Source: a virus
Virus record (IMG/VR): IMGVR_UViG_3300011335_000775
Coordinates: 32,001 to 96,000 of that record
DNA: 64,000 nucleotides
Reading direction: 5' to 3' (one strand)
Both the position numbers and the translations under genes were made by a program. Under the pieces are notes generated by a model. The model saw only the letters and a list, made by a program, of their open reading frames with translations. It had not been told where the DNA came from and did no database searches. Numbering within the stretch: the stretch's first letter is position 1; each line of letters opens with the position of its first letter. Below are positions 48,924 to 60,030 of the stretch, in pieces.

Positions 48924-49480
48924 AATTGCTAATGTCCATACTAGCCCTGGTTGCTATCACAGCACAAGCTGATTGTGTGTTGCAAGATAAAACTGTAAGC
49001 CAAAGTTCAGCAGTGATTGCAGAACGCAGTCAGATAACTGCCACAGTGGTGCCTGATCCGCAAACAGGCAAACGTTGCTTGGTGACTTTTCGAGCACGAG
49101 TTGGTGCCACTTGGTACACAGCCATGGGTGAGCATGCATGGCCCGGTGATACCCCTAGAGATTCGGCCTGTGCTGTGGCCATGAAACGTGCAGAAGATTC
49201 AGTTCGAGAACAAGTGGCTGCAAGTCGAGTGATTTCAGAAAAGATTCTAGTATGTCGAGATGATCCTACCTTGGATTCTGTACGTCAGACCAATCCAGGC
49301 TCTGTGGCGGAATTGGCGCAGTTCAGACCACATCCGGACTATCCTCGAGAGTTCTGGCACAATGGTACTCGATGCCGTTGGTTTTTGGATTCAGGATTCA
49401 CAGGACGCGACATTCGAACTTGGCAAGGCATCATTTGCCAAATACATGATTCCAAGTGGGTAGTGATTGACAAGTTCTGA
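48920..49480 (+). CDS. Secreted Cys-containing protein
   Basis: Signal peptide ending AQA. Confidence 0.7.
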   Translation: MKLLMSILALVAITAQADCVLQDKTVSQSSAVIAERSQITATVVPDPQTGKRCLVTFRARVGATWYTAMGEHAWPGDTPRDSACAVAMKRAEDSVREQVAASRVISEKILVCRDDPTLDSVRQTNPGSVAELAQFRPHPDYPREFWHNGTRCRWFLDSGFTGRDIRTWQGIICQIHDSKWVVIDKF

Positions 49481-49529
49481 TGTTTGTGTTATTATATATT
49501 TTTCCAACTCGTGATCTAAAAGGACACAT

Positions 49530-49658
49530 ATGAAAACAACTTTTATTTTAGTAACTATCATAGCAGCCGTACTTTCTGCGTGTGGCACACTTGGTGGCGC
49601 AGTCAGTGGTGCAGGCAAGGATCTCAGCAAAGCCGGTGAGTGGATTCAAAACAAATAA
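49530..49658 (+). CDS. Entericidin EcnA/B-like lipoprotein (not in the ORF track)
   Basis: LSACGTLGGAVSGAGKDLSKAGEWI. Confidence 0.7.
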   Translation: MKTTFILVTIIAAVLSACGTLGGAVSGAGKDLSKAGEWIQNK

Positions 49659-49666
49659 GGAACTGT

Positions 49667-50227
49667 ATGAAAAATATCATTGCATTAGCTGTAGTGGCCT
49701 TGTTGGCTGCTTGTGGTAGCACTCCCAAAGAGGAATACGAAAAGCGAGCATATCAAGAGCGTCAACGTCAAGAAAAAACAGTAGAAGCATCCATCAGCAA
49801 TGCACCCAAATGGATGACTGAAACTCCTACCAGCACCAATGCTGTGTTTGCTTCAGGATCGGCCACCAGTTCAGACATGAGCATGTCGGATTGGAAAGCC
49901 AAGATGTTTGCATACGGAAAGATCTGTATTGCAGCAGGTGGTCGTGTGAGCCAACAAGGTAAAATGTTCATGCAGGACAGTGGAGACACCTCAATTGAAT
50001 CTTCTGAATTGGCCATTAAAACCATGTGCCCAACTGTGGATATCACCGGTACAGAAGTACGTGAAATCAAACGTGTGGCTGAAGGCTCACGGTATCGTAC
50101 CTACGTGCTAGTGGCGTTACCTACAGGTGATGCCAACTTGCTGCAAAAACGAAAAGATGCAATTGAAGCAGCACGCCGCGCTCAAGTTCGCAGTGTGGAA
50201 GCATTCAAAGAACTCAACGCACAGTAA
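49667..50227 (+). CDS. LPP20-like lipoprotein
   Basis: LAAC lipobox, APKWM, YRTYVLV. Confidence 0.65.
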   Translation: MKNIIALAVVALLAACGSTPKEEYEKRAYQERQRQEKTVEASISNAPKWMTETPTSTNAVFASGSATSSDMSMSDWKAKMFAYGKICIAAGGRVSQQGKMFMQDSGDTSIESSELAIKTMCPTVDITGTEVREIKRVAEGSRYRTYVLVALPTGDANLLQKRKDAIEAARRAQVRSVEAFKELNAQ

Positions 50228-50235
50228 GTTCACAC

Positions 50236-50805
50236 ATGGCAGAAATAGACACCAGCACTTGGTCCCATGCACAACACCTACAGGCCAATGGTATATTTGT
50301 GCTGATGGGGCCTATTGAAACAGACACAGTCAAGCCAGTGATTGAATGGATCTTGAATGAAAACTTTGTGATCAAACGTCGTCACAAAGAACTAATCTTG
50401 AGTATTTGCAGTGAAGGTGGTGATATGAGTGCAGCCTTTGCACTGATTGATGTAATGCGCAGTTCCACAGTGGCTATCAAAACAGTTGGGATTGGGCAAA
50501 TTGCATCAGCTGGATTGTTGATATTCTTGGCTGGCACACCCGGACGTAGAACCCTAACACCCAACACCAGTATTCTGAGTCATCAGTTCAGTTGGGGCAG
50601 TGATGGCAAAGTACATGAATTATTTGCCACCATACGTGAGTTTGAGCTCACACAACAACGCATGGTTCAACACTACAAAGATTGTACTGGTCTAGATGAT
50701 GATGTGATCAAGGCCAAATTGCTGCCGCCACATGATGTTTGGCTTGATGCCACTGAAGCGTTACAGTTGAATATTTGCGATTCAATATCGCAATTGCAAC
50801 GTTAA
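50236..50805 (+). CDS. ClpP-family protease (divergent)
   Basis: SEGGD, IASAG (Ser), SHQ (His), HDVWL (Asp). Confidence 0.8.
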   Translation: MAEIDTSTWSHAQHLQANGIFVLMGPIETDTVKPVIEWILNENFVIKRRHKELILSICSEGGDMSAAFALIDVMRSSTVAIKTVGIGQIASAGLLIFLAGTPGRRTLTPNTSILSHQFSWGSDGKVHELFATIREFELTQQRMVQHYKDCTGLDDDVIKAKLLPPHDVWLDATEALQLNICDSISQLQR

Positions 50806-50815
50806 TGTTTATGAG

Positions 50816-51457
50816 TTACCAGCCGCCCAACACATAAGGATCATTAAACACTGTTTGCCCGTTGGGTCTCATCATGATGTTGCCGGGGTGCAGATCCCAC
50901 CTGATTTGTGTTTTCTGTTGGGTCTTGTGGATCAACTCCAGCAAAGTATTCAACAACAATGGAATATGATCTTCACCCACTGCTTGACTCACACGTTGAT
51001 ACTCGTCTGGATATTGTTTTGCTAGATTAAAAAAATTGGCTTTACCTTCTTCAAGAGCATAGCCCAATTTAGAAATTGCATATACCAACATCTTTTGTTG
51101 GGAAGTTCTTGGTGATTTCAATAATTCGGTACGAATCTGTAGATACAATTTTCCTTTGTATTCAAAACTGGTCCACCCTGAATACTTGGGCAAGAATGGA
51201 TTGTCTGAATTACGTTGACAAAATTCAGCCCATTTAACAAACATTTGTTGATCTTGGCTGAGGTGTTTCTTGTTGCCTTTTGTACCAAATATTTTCAAAA
51301 CTGTTTGGCCACCTGGCTCAAGATACGCCTCTTGATCTACTCCTGCTTTCAGATACTTGTAGCCTTTCTCTTCCAATTCCTTGCGAATTCCCCGGTCCAT
51401 ATTGCTGAACTCATCTAGCACCTCTTTATTTTCAACTATAACGTCTTGTATTCTCAT
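50816..51457 (-). CDS. Protein kinase-like (T7 gp0.7 type)
   Basis: AGVDQEAY, VLKIF, WDLHPGNIM, FNDP. Confidence 0.7.
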   Translation of the reverse strand: MRIQDVIVENKEVLDEFSNMDRGIRKELEEKGYKYLKAGVDQEAYLEPGGQTVLKIFGTKGNKKHLSQDQQMFVKWAEFCQRNSDNPFLPKYSGWTSFEYKGKLYLQIRTELLKSPRTSQQKMLVYAISKLGYALEEGKANFFNLAKQYPDEYQRVSQAVGEDHIPLLLNTLLELIHKTQQKTQIRWDLHPGNIMMRPNGQTVFNDPYVLGGW

Positions 51458-53004
51458 CAGGTACGTCGCTCTCTACCCAGGGTAGCACGATCCATTCTAG
51501 GTTCGTTCTTGATTCTAGCTGCCTTGGCGCCTGGGCCAGCAAGTCTTGGTGTGCTGGTAACTGCATCTAGATCTTCAGCACCAGTAGCAGCTGGAGCATT
51601 GTCCCAACTGGCTTTTCGGTATTCGGTCAGTTTTTCCAACAGCGGTCCTTTTTCAATGTAAGTGCGAACATAGATACCGCCCTTGGGTTTATTCTCTACT
51701 TTCATCCTGATGGTCAGCAGTTTACTATTAGGGTTACCGCGTTCATGAATGACCACTTCTGGCCAAGTTTTTTTATCAACGTAAGTGGCTTCAAGATCTG
51801 TATTCTTTAATTTTTCAACCAGCTTGTTGAATCTCAAAATCTTGAATCCACCATCGCTGAAGTCCACCAGTTCAACGTTGGGATCGCCTAGTGTGGCAAA
51901 GTGTGTGATACCAGTGGCAATGTCATCAATTATGTTGGCTTCATCTTCAGGGCTGGCGTTTTTCAATTCGTTGTCTAGTTCGGTAGCAGCATATTGATAT
52001 ATTTGTTTGAATGCATCTCTGGTTGCTGTTGGTGAATTGGATTTCATTGCCTTGGTAAATTTGGCCAACGCAGAACTTGCATCAACACCAAAATAATTCC
52101 ATAAGATCTGTTGGGTTTCTGCACTGTCGCCACCCACTTGTCCAAACTGTTTAATACCACCTACCTTGAGACTGGTATTGAGTCTGAGTTTGCGTGGCTG
52201 GCCATTTTCATCAGTGACAAACACCCACACATCGGTCTTTTGTTCTGTTTCACCAGTGACACCGTCAGCCATGATCACGATCTGATCTGACCTGCCATTG
52301 ATGTAGAAATACTTGCTGTATCGTTCAGCGTCCGAACTGTTGACATAAGCAGCGGCACTGGAGAATTCACTGGCCAACAGCGGTCGCTTGGCCAGATCCA
52401 TGAGATCCTGATACGGCCCGGATTTAAGTCTCAGCACAAACGAAATCACATCCGCATGTTCATTATCAAAATCTTCCACTTCCACTTGATATTGGTCTTC
52501 ACCGGTTTGCTTCAAACTGTCAAGCACATTGCCGATATCCTGAGCGGTCACTGTGCCGATATCTTCGTCAGATTCACGTTTGGTGAATTTAGCAAACATA
52601 GCAGCGCCCAGGATACCTTCGGCTGTTTCGCCGCGATTGGCAATTTTTCCAACATCGTCGTCGGCAGTGGCTCCAGTATACACATTGAACGCTGCCCCAA
52701 TGGTACTAGAACTGCCAACAATCAAAACAGATTGCCCAGCATTGTTGGAAAAAATATAACCGTCGCCGCCTTTTCCATAGGTAACTGTGGGGAGATTTAA
52801 AATATCTTTTTCGCCCAATTCTGTGTCGTCTTGCCTGGTCAATGGCGGAGTAGCATCAAATCCTTGTTGCTGCAACAATGTCAGTAACTTTTTTCCAGCT
52901 TCTGACCCTGCGGAAACAGAAAATTGAGTTCCGGGTCCATATTTGGGTTTACTGATGGTCACTTCAGTTATTATGCTGTCAAGTACGTTGATTAAATCTC
53001 TCAT
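51457..53004 (-). CDS. Late protein, possible PD-(D/E)XK-like nuclease domain
   Basis: NRGETAEG, KTDVWV...TSLK; late promoter 4 nt upstream. Confidence 0.5.
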   Translation of the reverse strand: MRDLINVLDSIITEVTISKPKYGPGTQFSVSAGSEAGKKLLTLLQQQGFDATPPLTRQDDTELGEKDILNLPTVTYGKGGDGYIFSNNAGQSVLIVGSSSTIGAAFNVYTGATADDDVGKIANRGETAEGILGAAMFAKFTKRESDEDIGTVTAQDIGNVLDSLKQTGEDQYQVEVEDFDNEHADVISFVLRLKSGPYQDLMDLAKRPLLASEFSSAAAYVNSSDAERYSKYFYINGRSDQIVIMADGVTGETEQKTDVWVFVTDENGQPRKLRLNTSLKVGGIKQFGQVGGDSAETQQILWNYFGVDASSALAKFTKAMKSNSPTATRDAFKQIYQYAATELDNELKNASPEDEANIIDDIATGITHFATLGDPNVELVDFSDGGFKILRFNKLVEKLKNTDLEATYVDKKTWPEVVIHERGNPNSKLLTIRMKVENKPKGGIYVRTYIEKGPLLEKLTEYRKASWDNAPAATGAEDLDAVTSTPRLAGPGAKAARIKNEPRMDRATLGRERRT

Positions 53005-53098
53005 GTGGTATTTAGCGAAGAATAAATTCCTTACCAAAATCACTTGCTATTAAATAAAATACACTGTAAAATAACACAACCAAACAACAAGGAATTTA

Positions 53099-53683
53099 AT
53101 GTCAAATCTAGTACCCATTGTTCTCGAACACACATCCAAAGGTGAACGCAGTTACGATATTTATAGTCGCTTGCTACGTGATCGCGTGGTCATGCTGGAC
53201 GGAGAAGTCAACGGGCATAGCTCAAGTCTAATCTGTGCGCAGTTATTGTTTTTGGAAGCAGACAATCCGGACAAAGACATCAGCTTGTATATCAATTCGC
53301 CGGGTGGAAGTGTAACAGCAGGGATGGCCATTTATGACACCATGCAGTTTATCAAACCCGATGTTGCAACCATTGTGATGGGCCAAGGTGCAAGCATGGG
53401 ATCGTTGTTAGCAGCAGCTGGAGCAGCAGGCAAACGATTTATTCTGCCCAATGCACGTCACATGATTCATCAACCGTTAGGTGGTGCGTCAGGGCAGGCC
53501 ACAGATGTAGAAATCCAAGCCCGTGAATTGTTACGTTGGAAAAAAGTTCTTACAGACATGTATGTCACACATACCGGCCAATCTTATGACAAGTTACGGG
53601 CTGATATGGAACGTGATAACTTTATGACTGCAGAAGAATCAGTCACATACGGACTAGCCGACAAAGTAATCACCAAACGTTAA
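53099..53683 (+). CDS. clpP: ClpP protease
   Basis: [35 protein letters not shown]. Confidence 0.96.
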   Translation: MSNLVPIVLEHTSKGERSYDIYSRLLRDRVVMLDGEVNGHSSSLICAQLLFLEADNPDKDISLYINSPGGSVTAGMAIYDTMQFIKPDVATIVMGQGASMGSLLAAAGAAGKRFILPNARHMIHQPLGGASGQATDVEIQARELLRWKKVLTDMYVTHTGQSYDKLRADMERDNFMTAEESVTYGLADKVITKR

Positions 53684-54153
53684 TCCGTAGGCCAGATCCA
53701 TCCCATGGATTCCAGTTGATGTATCCAGGTGAATACTGGTGTACTAAAATTTAACAGCCATCGCCCATTCCATCCCAGACAACTAATGCCTTGCTGTACT
53801 GCTGGGGGAGGCGGTGTTTGTTGACTATGCCAAGGTTCGGGATACTTGGGTTTATATGTAGCAGCCCAATTGAATTTTGGAGAACAAATACCATTCACGG
53901 TAATGTTGCCTATGACAATAAATTTGTCTAATCCTTGATCAAGTACACAATCAGCATCTGATTTGTTTAAAAAGTCTACAAATACTGAATGTGTGCCGGG
54001 CAGCAAGTCATTGTTAAATTTTAATACACAAGATTGATTTAAGACTATTTGATCAATGATTACGTCATCAATGCCATAGGCAATTGTTGGTGGTTCTTGA
54101 TGATATGTGGGAAGGACTTCTAGTTCAATGTGTGTGTGATATTTTGTAGTCAT
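53680..54153 (-). CDS. Hypothetical protein
   Basis: Coupled to the radical SAM gene; LGWNGRW..F..PVFTWIH. Confidence 0.6.
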   Translation of the reverse strand: MTTKYHTHIELEVLPTYHQEPPTIAYGIDDVIIDQIVLNQSCVLKFNNDLLPGTHSVFVDFLNKSDADCVLDQGLDKFIVIGNITVNGICSPKFNWAATYKPKYPEPWHSQQTPPPPAVQQGISCLGWNGRWLLNFSTPVFTWIHQLESMGWIWPTD

Positions 54154-55453
54154 ATTTTTGTAAAAAATCACTCCATTCAGGATAGTGATCTCTGGCGTTC
54201 AGTTTATATGCACTGTCCCAACGACTCAACCACATTACTAATTCTCGCCTGAGATCTTCAGCATTTACAGGCTCGGGTTGTTGTAACATTTGGTAAACTG
54301 AATGTAATTCATTATACAAGTTAACAGCATTTTGTTCAACCATTCTTGACTGTGACATATCCTGATGTGCGTCACCTGTATGGTTTTGTAATTTTTCTAA
54401 CACACGCTGATATTTAGGCAAATACGATTGACGTATATCCCAGGGCAGTACCGAAACTTGCAAGTATGCTGGATCCCAGCACACATTGTTTTCGGTTATG
54501 ATGTTGTTGTCTAAAAAATATTCTATTAGTTCGGGGAAAGTCGAAACTGATAGTAATGACACAACTGGTTTTAAGCAAATAGCAAATGTATCAGTTCGGT
54601 GTTTTAAATACTTGCTAACATTGGCTAAGAATAATTCTTTGTTTAGCCCTTGCCGAATGTAGTAATTATTGTCTGATATACTTTCTATACTGATATCAAT
54701 ATCGGCTCTACGAAATTTCTGCATCTTTTGTACTAGTTCTGGAGAATACAAGGTGCCATTGGTAACAAAACTTATAGCAAAGTCGGTTCGCCCATGCTTG
54801 ATAAAGAAATCAAAAAATTGTTCTAGTCTAGGACTCATAGTGGGTTCGCCACCCATGAAATGCACACTTTGCAAATTTTTTATACTCAAAAGTTCATGAC
54901 AAAATTTATCCCAAGTTGCGTCATTATCAGTCCAGTTTATTCTTGTAGGTGTTTTACGATCTAGCAATCCCCAGATTTTGTATTTGCTGGCAATTTGTGT
55001 ACTCACACCAGGATGACAAAATTTGCAGGCCAAATTACATTCGTTGCCCATGTTAATATGAAAGTCAATGGGCATTAGATGATCTACTTTGCCTTGAAAT
55101 TTTGACAGGTGGGGACTTTGTGCAAAACTTTCGTCAAATGCTTGCCGGGTAAAAATTACACTGCGCCAGTTCTGAGCAAGACGATAACTGGCATTGCCAT
55201 GCTGTTCTTCGGCAGCACACCCAGAGCAAAGATCAATGGGGGTGTCTCCTAACATATTACGACGATATTCATTCATAATGTCGCTGTTGTACCAGTCACT
55301 GATACTGTGAGTATGTATGTTATATCCAGAATCGGATAGTTTTTGGAACCCAGGAACGTTTGATCTTTCTGCGCAACACATTCCGAACTTACCATCCTGA
55401 TATAATTGAAAATTAAACCAGGGCACGTTGCAAAATATATTTTTATTAGCCAT
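54125..55453 (-). CDS. Radical SAM protein with N-terminal twitch/SPASM-like domain
   Basis: CNLACKFC, GGEP; N-terminal C..PW...CC...CSGC. Confidence 0.88.
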   Translation of the reverse strand: MANKNIFCNVPWFNFQLYQDGKFGMCCAERSNVPGFQKLSDSGYNIHTHSISDWYNSDIMNEYRRNMLGDTPIDLCSGCAAEEQHGNASYRLAQNWRSVIFTRQAFDESFAQSPHLSKFQGKVDHLMPIDFHINMGNECNLACKFCHPGVSTQIASKYKIWGLLDRKTPTRINWTDNDATWDKFCHELLSIKNLQSVHFMGGEPTMSPRLEQFFDFFIKHGRTDFAISFVTNGTLYSPELVQKMQKFRRADIDISIESISDNNYYIRQGLNKELFLANVSKYLKHRTDTFAICLKPVVSLLSVSTFPELIEYFLDNNIITENNVCWDPAYLQVSVLPWDIRQSYLPKYQRVLEKLQNHTGDAHQDMSQSRMVEQNAVNLYNELHSVYQMLQQPEPVNAEDLRRELVMWLSRWDSAYKLNARDHYPEWSDFLQKYDYKISHTH

Positions 55454-55588
55454 ATATCTATTTATTAGCATCAATTGTTACTGCAATATTTACTCTGAGT
55501 TGGATGGGCACACGCCGGGAGGAAATGTTGTTCTATCACTTTTCAATCACAACAAGATTTATGTTGTAAAAAAACCACAATTTTCTGG

Positions 55589-55617
55589 TTGACCGGATTT
55601 GTCAAATCCACTATAAT
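55589..55617 (+). promoter_or_regulatory. Early sigma70 promoter
   Basis: TTGACC-17-TATAAT-ACATACATACGCAGCAAC; upstream block matches the one before 20976. Confidence 0.9.
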
Positions 55618-55650
55618 ACATACATACGCAGCAACAAACCGGAGTTAGAT

Positions 55651-56572
55651 ATGAATCTTAATATTAACGACACAGTTTCTTGGTCTTGTGCAGCAGGTAA
55701 TCTTGAAGGTGTTATCACCAACATCTGCTTGAATCTCAATGCTGCTGAACAAACGGTTCCTTGGATTGATATTGCAGTCATTGGTCAGGTCACTGGTCAT
55801 GTTTATTCGGTCCGCCTGTGTGCTACTCATAGCAACCTCAAAATGATGCGTGTTGTTAAAATTGAAACTGAAACTGTTTAAGGAACTATCATGAACATTA
55901 GTCAAATTAATTCAACTATCATTGCTGGCACATTTACCAATGACGAACTCACCAGCATTGTTGATGCTGTGAAGTTTGCTCGGGCACGCCTGACAGAAAA
56001 GAACAAGCGAGCTCTGTGTGTAGGAGAAGCTGTTGAGTTTACCAACAGTCGCACCGGAATGACTGTGAAAGGAAAAGTTCGCAAGATTGCAATCAAGTTT
56101 GTTACCGTGGACACTGGACAAACTCTGTGGAAGGTGCCTGCTAACATGTTGCGGGCTGCTTAATTAATTACAAAGGAAAGTATTATGAAACTCATTATTG
56201 AAGCCGTTGGAGCGTTTGTTGGCCTTATTGCGGTTGCTCTGTTACTGAGCTTTGTGATGGCATGGCCAGTGATGGCTCTGTGGAATGGCTGCTTGGTTGG
56301 TGCCATGGACGGGGTCCGAGAGATTGGTTGGCTACAAGCATGGGGTATACAGTTCTTGTTCAACTGCCTGTTTAAGACTTCTATCTCTACCAAGAAAGAC
56401 TGAAATGATATCACCATTCCGCACTTGGTTAGCTGAGCTGTGGCGCAACAATTGTGAAGAATTAGATGGCTACGGCCAACCGCGCTATACCTTGCAAGAA
56501 TACTTTGCTCGACACAAATGGTGGCTCAAACGTGAATATCAATATCAGCGTGGTGCCCGGCGCCTAAGCTAA
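55651..56572 (+). CDS. Four short early genes (55651-55881, 55891-56163, 56185-56403, 56405-56572)
   Basis: Closely spaced ORFs; the first three have RBS; the third is hydrophobic. Confidence 0.65.
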
Positions 56573-56581
56573 GGAACAACA

Positions 56582-56929
56582 ATGAAATGGTTTTCTGAAA
56601 TCACTGAATGGAAAGGTACTGCACCCAATCATGTGTATCTCATGGATGATTCCAAAAGCAAGATGTTTGCTTATGTTCCAGTGGGAGCTGATCAACCAAC
56701 CATCTTCAAAAAACCCATACGCATTGATGTGCGTGGTCGCAAGTTCAAACTGAATCCTGTGCAGTTCAAGACAGCGATCAAACCCGAACAGCCCGAAGGC
56801 CGTACATGGGAAGTGCAAGGCAGCAAGGGTGATGTTTACAAAGTAAGCGAAGTTCGTGGAGAGTATTCATGTTCATGCAGTGGTTTTAAATTCCGTGGTG
56901 ATTGCAAACATGTGAAAAGTGTAAAATGA
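56582..56929 (+). CDS. SWIM Zn-finger protein
   Basis: GSKG..Y.V...[14 protein letters not shown]. Confidence 0.75.
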   Translation: MKWFSEITEWKGTAPNHVYLMDDSKSKMFAYVPVGADQPTIFKKPIRIDVRGRKFKLNPVQFKTAIKPEQPEGRTWEVQGSKGDVYKVSEVRGEYSCSCSGFKFRGDCKHVKSVK

Positions 56930-57146
56930 TCCTGCTGTACATCCTGTTGGGATTGTACGTTTTAGAAATCACTGTTGGATTGTTTATCAGTTGGGCAATA
57001 CAACGTTACGGTACCTTTGGTCCTGAATATGAGCATATAACGATAAAACCACCCCAAAATCGCATCTAAATCCTGCCATTGTGTGCAGCATCTGTAAATA
57101 TATTCAGTACATTATAACAGGTGTGCGTAACAAAGGAGTTTATTTT

Positions 57147-57377
57147 ATGGACAATGTAATGGTAAAGGCCACCGGTCTTTTAAACGGTATCATCGATATC
57201 GGCATCAAGTTAATCGCTGCTGGCGTAATTCTGCAAATCCTATTTGGTGCCGCAGTTCCCTTCTTGGCAATTGACGTCACCTCAAGTGTGATCAAATTCG
57301 TGGGTGCCCTTGGTAGCCAAGGTTTGGTTGGTCTTGCTGCATTAGCAGTGATCTATTGGTCCTTCACCAAGAAGTAA
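57147..57377 (+). CDS. Small membrane protein
   Basis: AAGGAG RBS, two hydrophobic helices. Confidence 0.7.
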   Translation: MDNVMVKATGLLNGIIDIGIKLIAAGVILQILFGAAVPFLAIDVTSSVIKFVGALGSQGLVGLAALAVIYWSFTKK

Positions 57378-57395
57378 ATTCCAGTAGCACAAATT

Positions 57396-57421
57396 AAAAA
57401 GCCCCTTCCGGGGCTTTTTTT
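57396..57421. terminator. Bidirectional terminator
   Basis: AAAAAGCCCC-TTCC-GGGGCTTTTT. Confidence 0.85.
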
Positions 57422-57881
57422 ATGCAGCGTCTACAAACTTTTTGCTTCTCTGAGTCATTGATATTTTCCTTTTGGTCTCCTCAGATTGGACCCTTCCTGG
57501 TTTTCCTTTCTTAGACATGCTCATTTTAAGTCTTGCCTCTTCAGACTGTTTACGACCCTTAAACCCAACCATGTTTTCTTTTATTTTTTGTCTATGGGAA
57601 ATAGATAGTTTTTTACCAATCGGATTTGGTGGTAATCCACCACCTTCGGCAATGTTTAAACCAATGTTGCGTGTTGGACGCAACGATTTTTCTACTTGTT
57701 TACAATAGAGTTTATCACCATAAAGAAAAACATCTACTGTTCTGTTGTCCAGAAAGTTATGTTTTCTTCTGTGTTCTTTAAGTCTGCGAGTTAGATCTTT
57801 AGTAATACCAACATAGCCTTGTGTTTCTATGTTGGTTTCTTGATCACTGTGGATCCAGTAGATTAGATATTCCTGATACAT
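57420..57881 (-). mobile_element. GIY-YIG homing endonuclease with NUMOD3 repeats
   Basis: LIYWI...GYVGIT...RRLKEH; GRKQSEEARLKMS. Confidence 0.75.
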
Positions 57882-57947
57882 ACACCCTCCTATTGGTTAA
57901 TGGAATATAGAAAGTGTGTGTGATGTGTGTGTATTTTATTTATCTAA

Positions 57948-58379
57948 TCACTTATAGATGTAGTTGATGGTGTTGATATTTTCACGCAGTTCCCGAGCAC
58001 CATTCTTGATATGGAAACGACGAGCCATTTCAGTCTTGGGACTCAGCGTTACATAAGTCTGTATACCCGGAAACTCATGTTCGATTGATTTCTGTGCTTC
58101 TTGAATCAAAGTACGCCCTGCACCTGCTGCATAACTCCAGATGGTATAAAATACCGCAGTTGTGGCACTCCCAACCAATGCAGCCATATCTTCCACAGCA
58201 GCAGGTACATTCTCTAAAAACTTCACACAGGTCACAGCAGCAGTTTCATCACCATTTTTCCAAACATAGATTCGACTGTTACTATTCACACGGTCGCTGA
58301 GAGGGATCTCTGGTCTTACAGGATCATCTTTTATCAAAGACAATAGATATTCGTTGGGTTGTGTCAAGGTATGTAACAT
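57948..58379 (-). CDS. GNAT/malonyl-CoA-decarboxylase-like protein
   Basis: TAVFYTIWSY..GAGRTLI...YVTLSP. Confidence 0.45.
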   Translation of the reverse strand: MLHTLTQPNEYLLSLIKDDPVRPEIPLSDRVNSNSRIYVWKNGDETAAVTCVKFLENVPAAVEDMAALVGSATTAVFYTIWSYAAGAGRTLIQEAQKSIEHEFPGIQTYVTLSPKTEMARRFHIKNGARELRENINTINYIYK

Positions 58380-58531
58380 GGGTGCCTCCGGTTACATTGT
58401 TATTTATGTGCGCCGTTTATTTTTTAGATATTCTGGCAAAATTGATTGCCAAAAAGTGTTGCAATCATGTGACAGATCGCTTATACTACAATCATGCTGT
58501 GGCAACAGCAACTTTATAGGAGATTAAAAAC

Positions 58532-58798
58532 ATGCGTATTAGCGAAAACACCAAGACTCACAAACTGTTCACTGCCCTTCAGGCTGGAGAAAAGGTAAGT
58601 CCAAGCCAAGCCGAAAAGCGTTTTGGCATCAAGAACATTTCGGCTGAAGTCAGCCGTATCCGTCAAAGCGGATTTGCAGTGTATGCAAACCGTCGCATGG
58701 CTGCTAACCATGTTGAAGTTACCGAATACCGTATTGGCAAGCCCAGCCGTGCATTGATTGCAGCTGGCTACAAAGCAATGGCACTTGGCCTGGCCTAA
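58532..58798 (+). CDS. Winged-HTH DNA-binding protein
   Basis: RFGIKNISAEVSRIRQSG; promoter TTGCAA-17-TATACT at 58459. Confidence 0.65.
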   Translation: MRISENTKTHKLFTALQAGEKVSPSQAEKRFGIKNISAEVSRIRQSGFAVYANRRMAANHVEVTEYRIGKPSRALIAAGYKAMALGLA

Positions 58799-58820
58799 TC
58801 CGGCCCGGTAGGTGGCACAC

Positions 58821-58877
58821 AAAAACCCTGCCTGGCGCAGGGTTTTTCTTGACCGCAAATTGCAGTTCATGTATAAT
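58821..58877 (+). promoter_or_regulatory. Terminator immediately followed by an early promoter
   Basis: AAAAACCCTGC..GCAGGGTTTTT, then TTGACC-17-TATAAT. Confidence 0.85.
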
Positions 58878-58899
58878 ACAGCAATAAAGGAATTGATCA

Positions 58900-59352
58900 A
58901 TGATTAAGAAAATCTTCCAAAAGCTAGGTCGACATCGCATCATTCGAGATCGCCTAGACGACGAGCCGTATCTGGAACGCTACTATGTTTTTCTCAAAGA
59001 CCGCACCTGGTTTCCATTCAACATCTTTGTGCATAAGTTCTTGAAATCTGATCCAGACGATGTGCATGATCATCCCTGGCCCTTTGCCACTCTGATCCTG
59101 CGTGGTGGTTATTGGGAATGGCGACCACAGTTTGATAGTAAAGGACGCAAGATGGGCGAGATTGCTCGTTGGTGCGGCGCAGGCAGTTTCCGTACAGCCC
59201 GAGCCAATACCTATCACAGGATTGAACTAGATCCTGACATCACTTGCTGGACCTTGTTTATGCCCGGTATCAAACAACGTGATTGGGGTTTCTTGGTCAA
59301 GAACAAGTGGGTACAGTGGGAACAATATTTGAAACAAAGGAAACTAGCATGA
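58900..59352 (+). CDS. Cupin-like phage protein
   Basis: HDHPW...GGYWE...YHRIEL. Confidence 0.7.
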   Translation: MIKKIFQKLGRHRIIRDRLDDEPYLERYYVFLKDRTWFPFNIFVHKFLKSDPDDVHDHPWPFATLILRGGYWEWRPQFDSKGRKMGEIARWCGAGSFRTARANTYHRIELDPDITCWTLFMPGIKQRDWGFLVKNKWVQWEQYLKQRKLA

Positions 59353-60030
59353 AATGGTTTAAACGCATGATCACCCGTTGGGTGCGTGAGGATTGGGATA
59401 CCGTCAACCAGGAACTTAATCGCAAAGAAGCCAATTTGTCGATCCAAACGGCTCGCGGCCTGATTCGCAGCAACAGTGACACCATCGACGGGAATGTAGG
59501 TTTGAACATCACGGTGATGGCAGCTATAGGTGGCAAGATCATCACATTCCGACACTACGATCGCCGAAAGGATGACAATCAATTCCGTCACTATGTTATT
59601 CCGGATGACCTGGACTTTGAACGCGAATTGGGCAAGATGATCACAATGGAATCGCTTCGGCAGGGGTAATTACTGTATGTTAGATTTTTTACTTCCGGTT
59701 GTGATAGGTATCCTTATTGGAGTGGGAATATTTCGATTCATGATCAGGCGAGCAGAGACAATTTCTCCGGAAGCACAAGACACTTTGGCAAAATTGATCA
59801 ATGAAACATTGGTTATTTTGGAGGTGGAACCAGTAAATGAGCAATTTCTGTGTTATAATTACTTTACAAAGGAATTTGTGTGCACCGGAAGAAATATGGA
59901 AGAAATCCGAGATCGATTCTGGCAACGGTATCCTGACAAAGACGCAGCAGTGGCCAAAGGCGATCCTGCTGCACTGCGCATATTGAAACAGCAACTGGAA
60001 GTATTATATGAAAATCGCACTAGCAAGTGA
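59349..60030 (+). CDS. Two hypothetical genes (59349-59669, 59677-60030)
   Basis: Adjacent ORFs; the second has an N-terminal TM. Confidence 0.6.
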
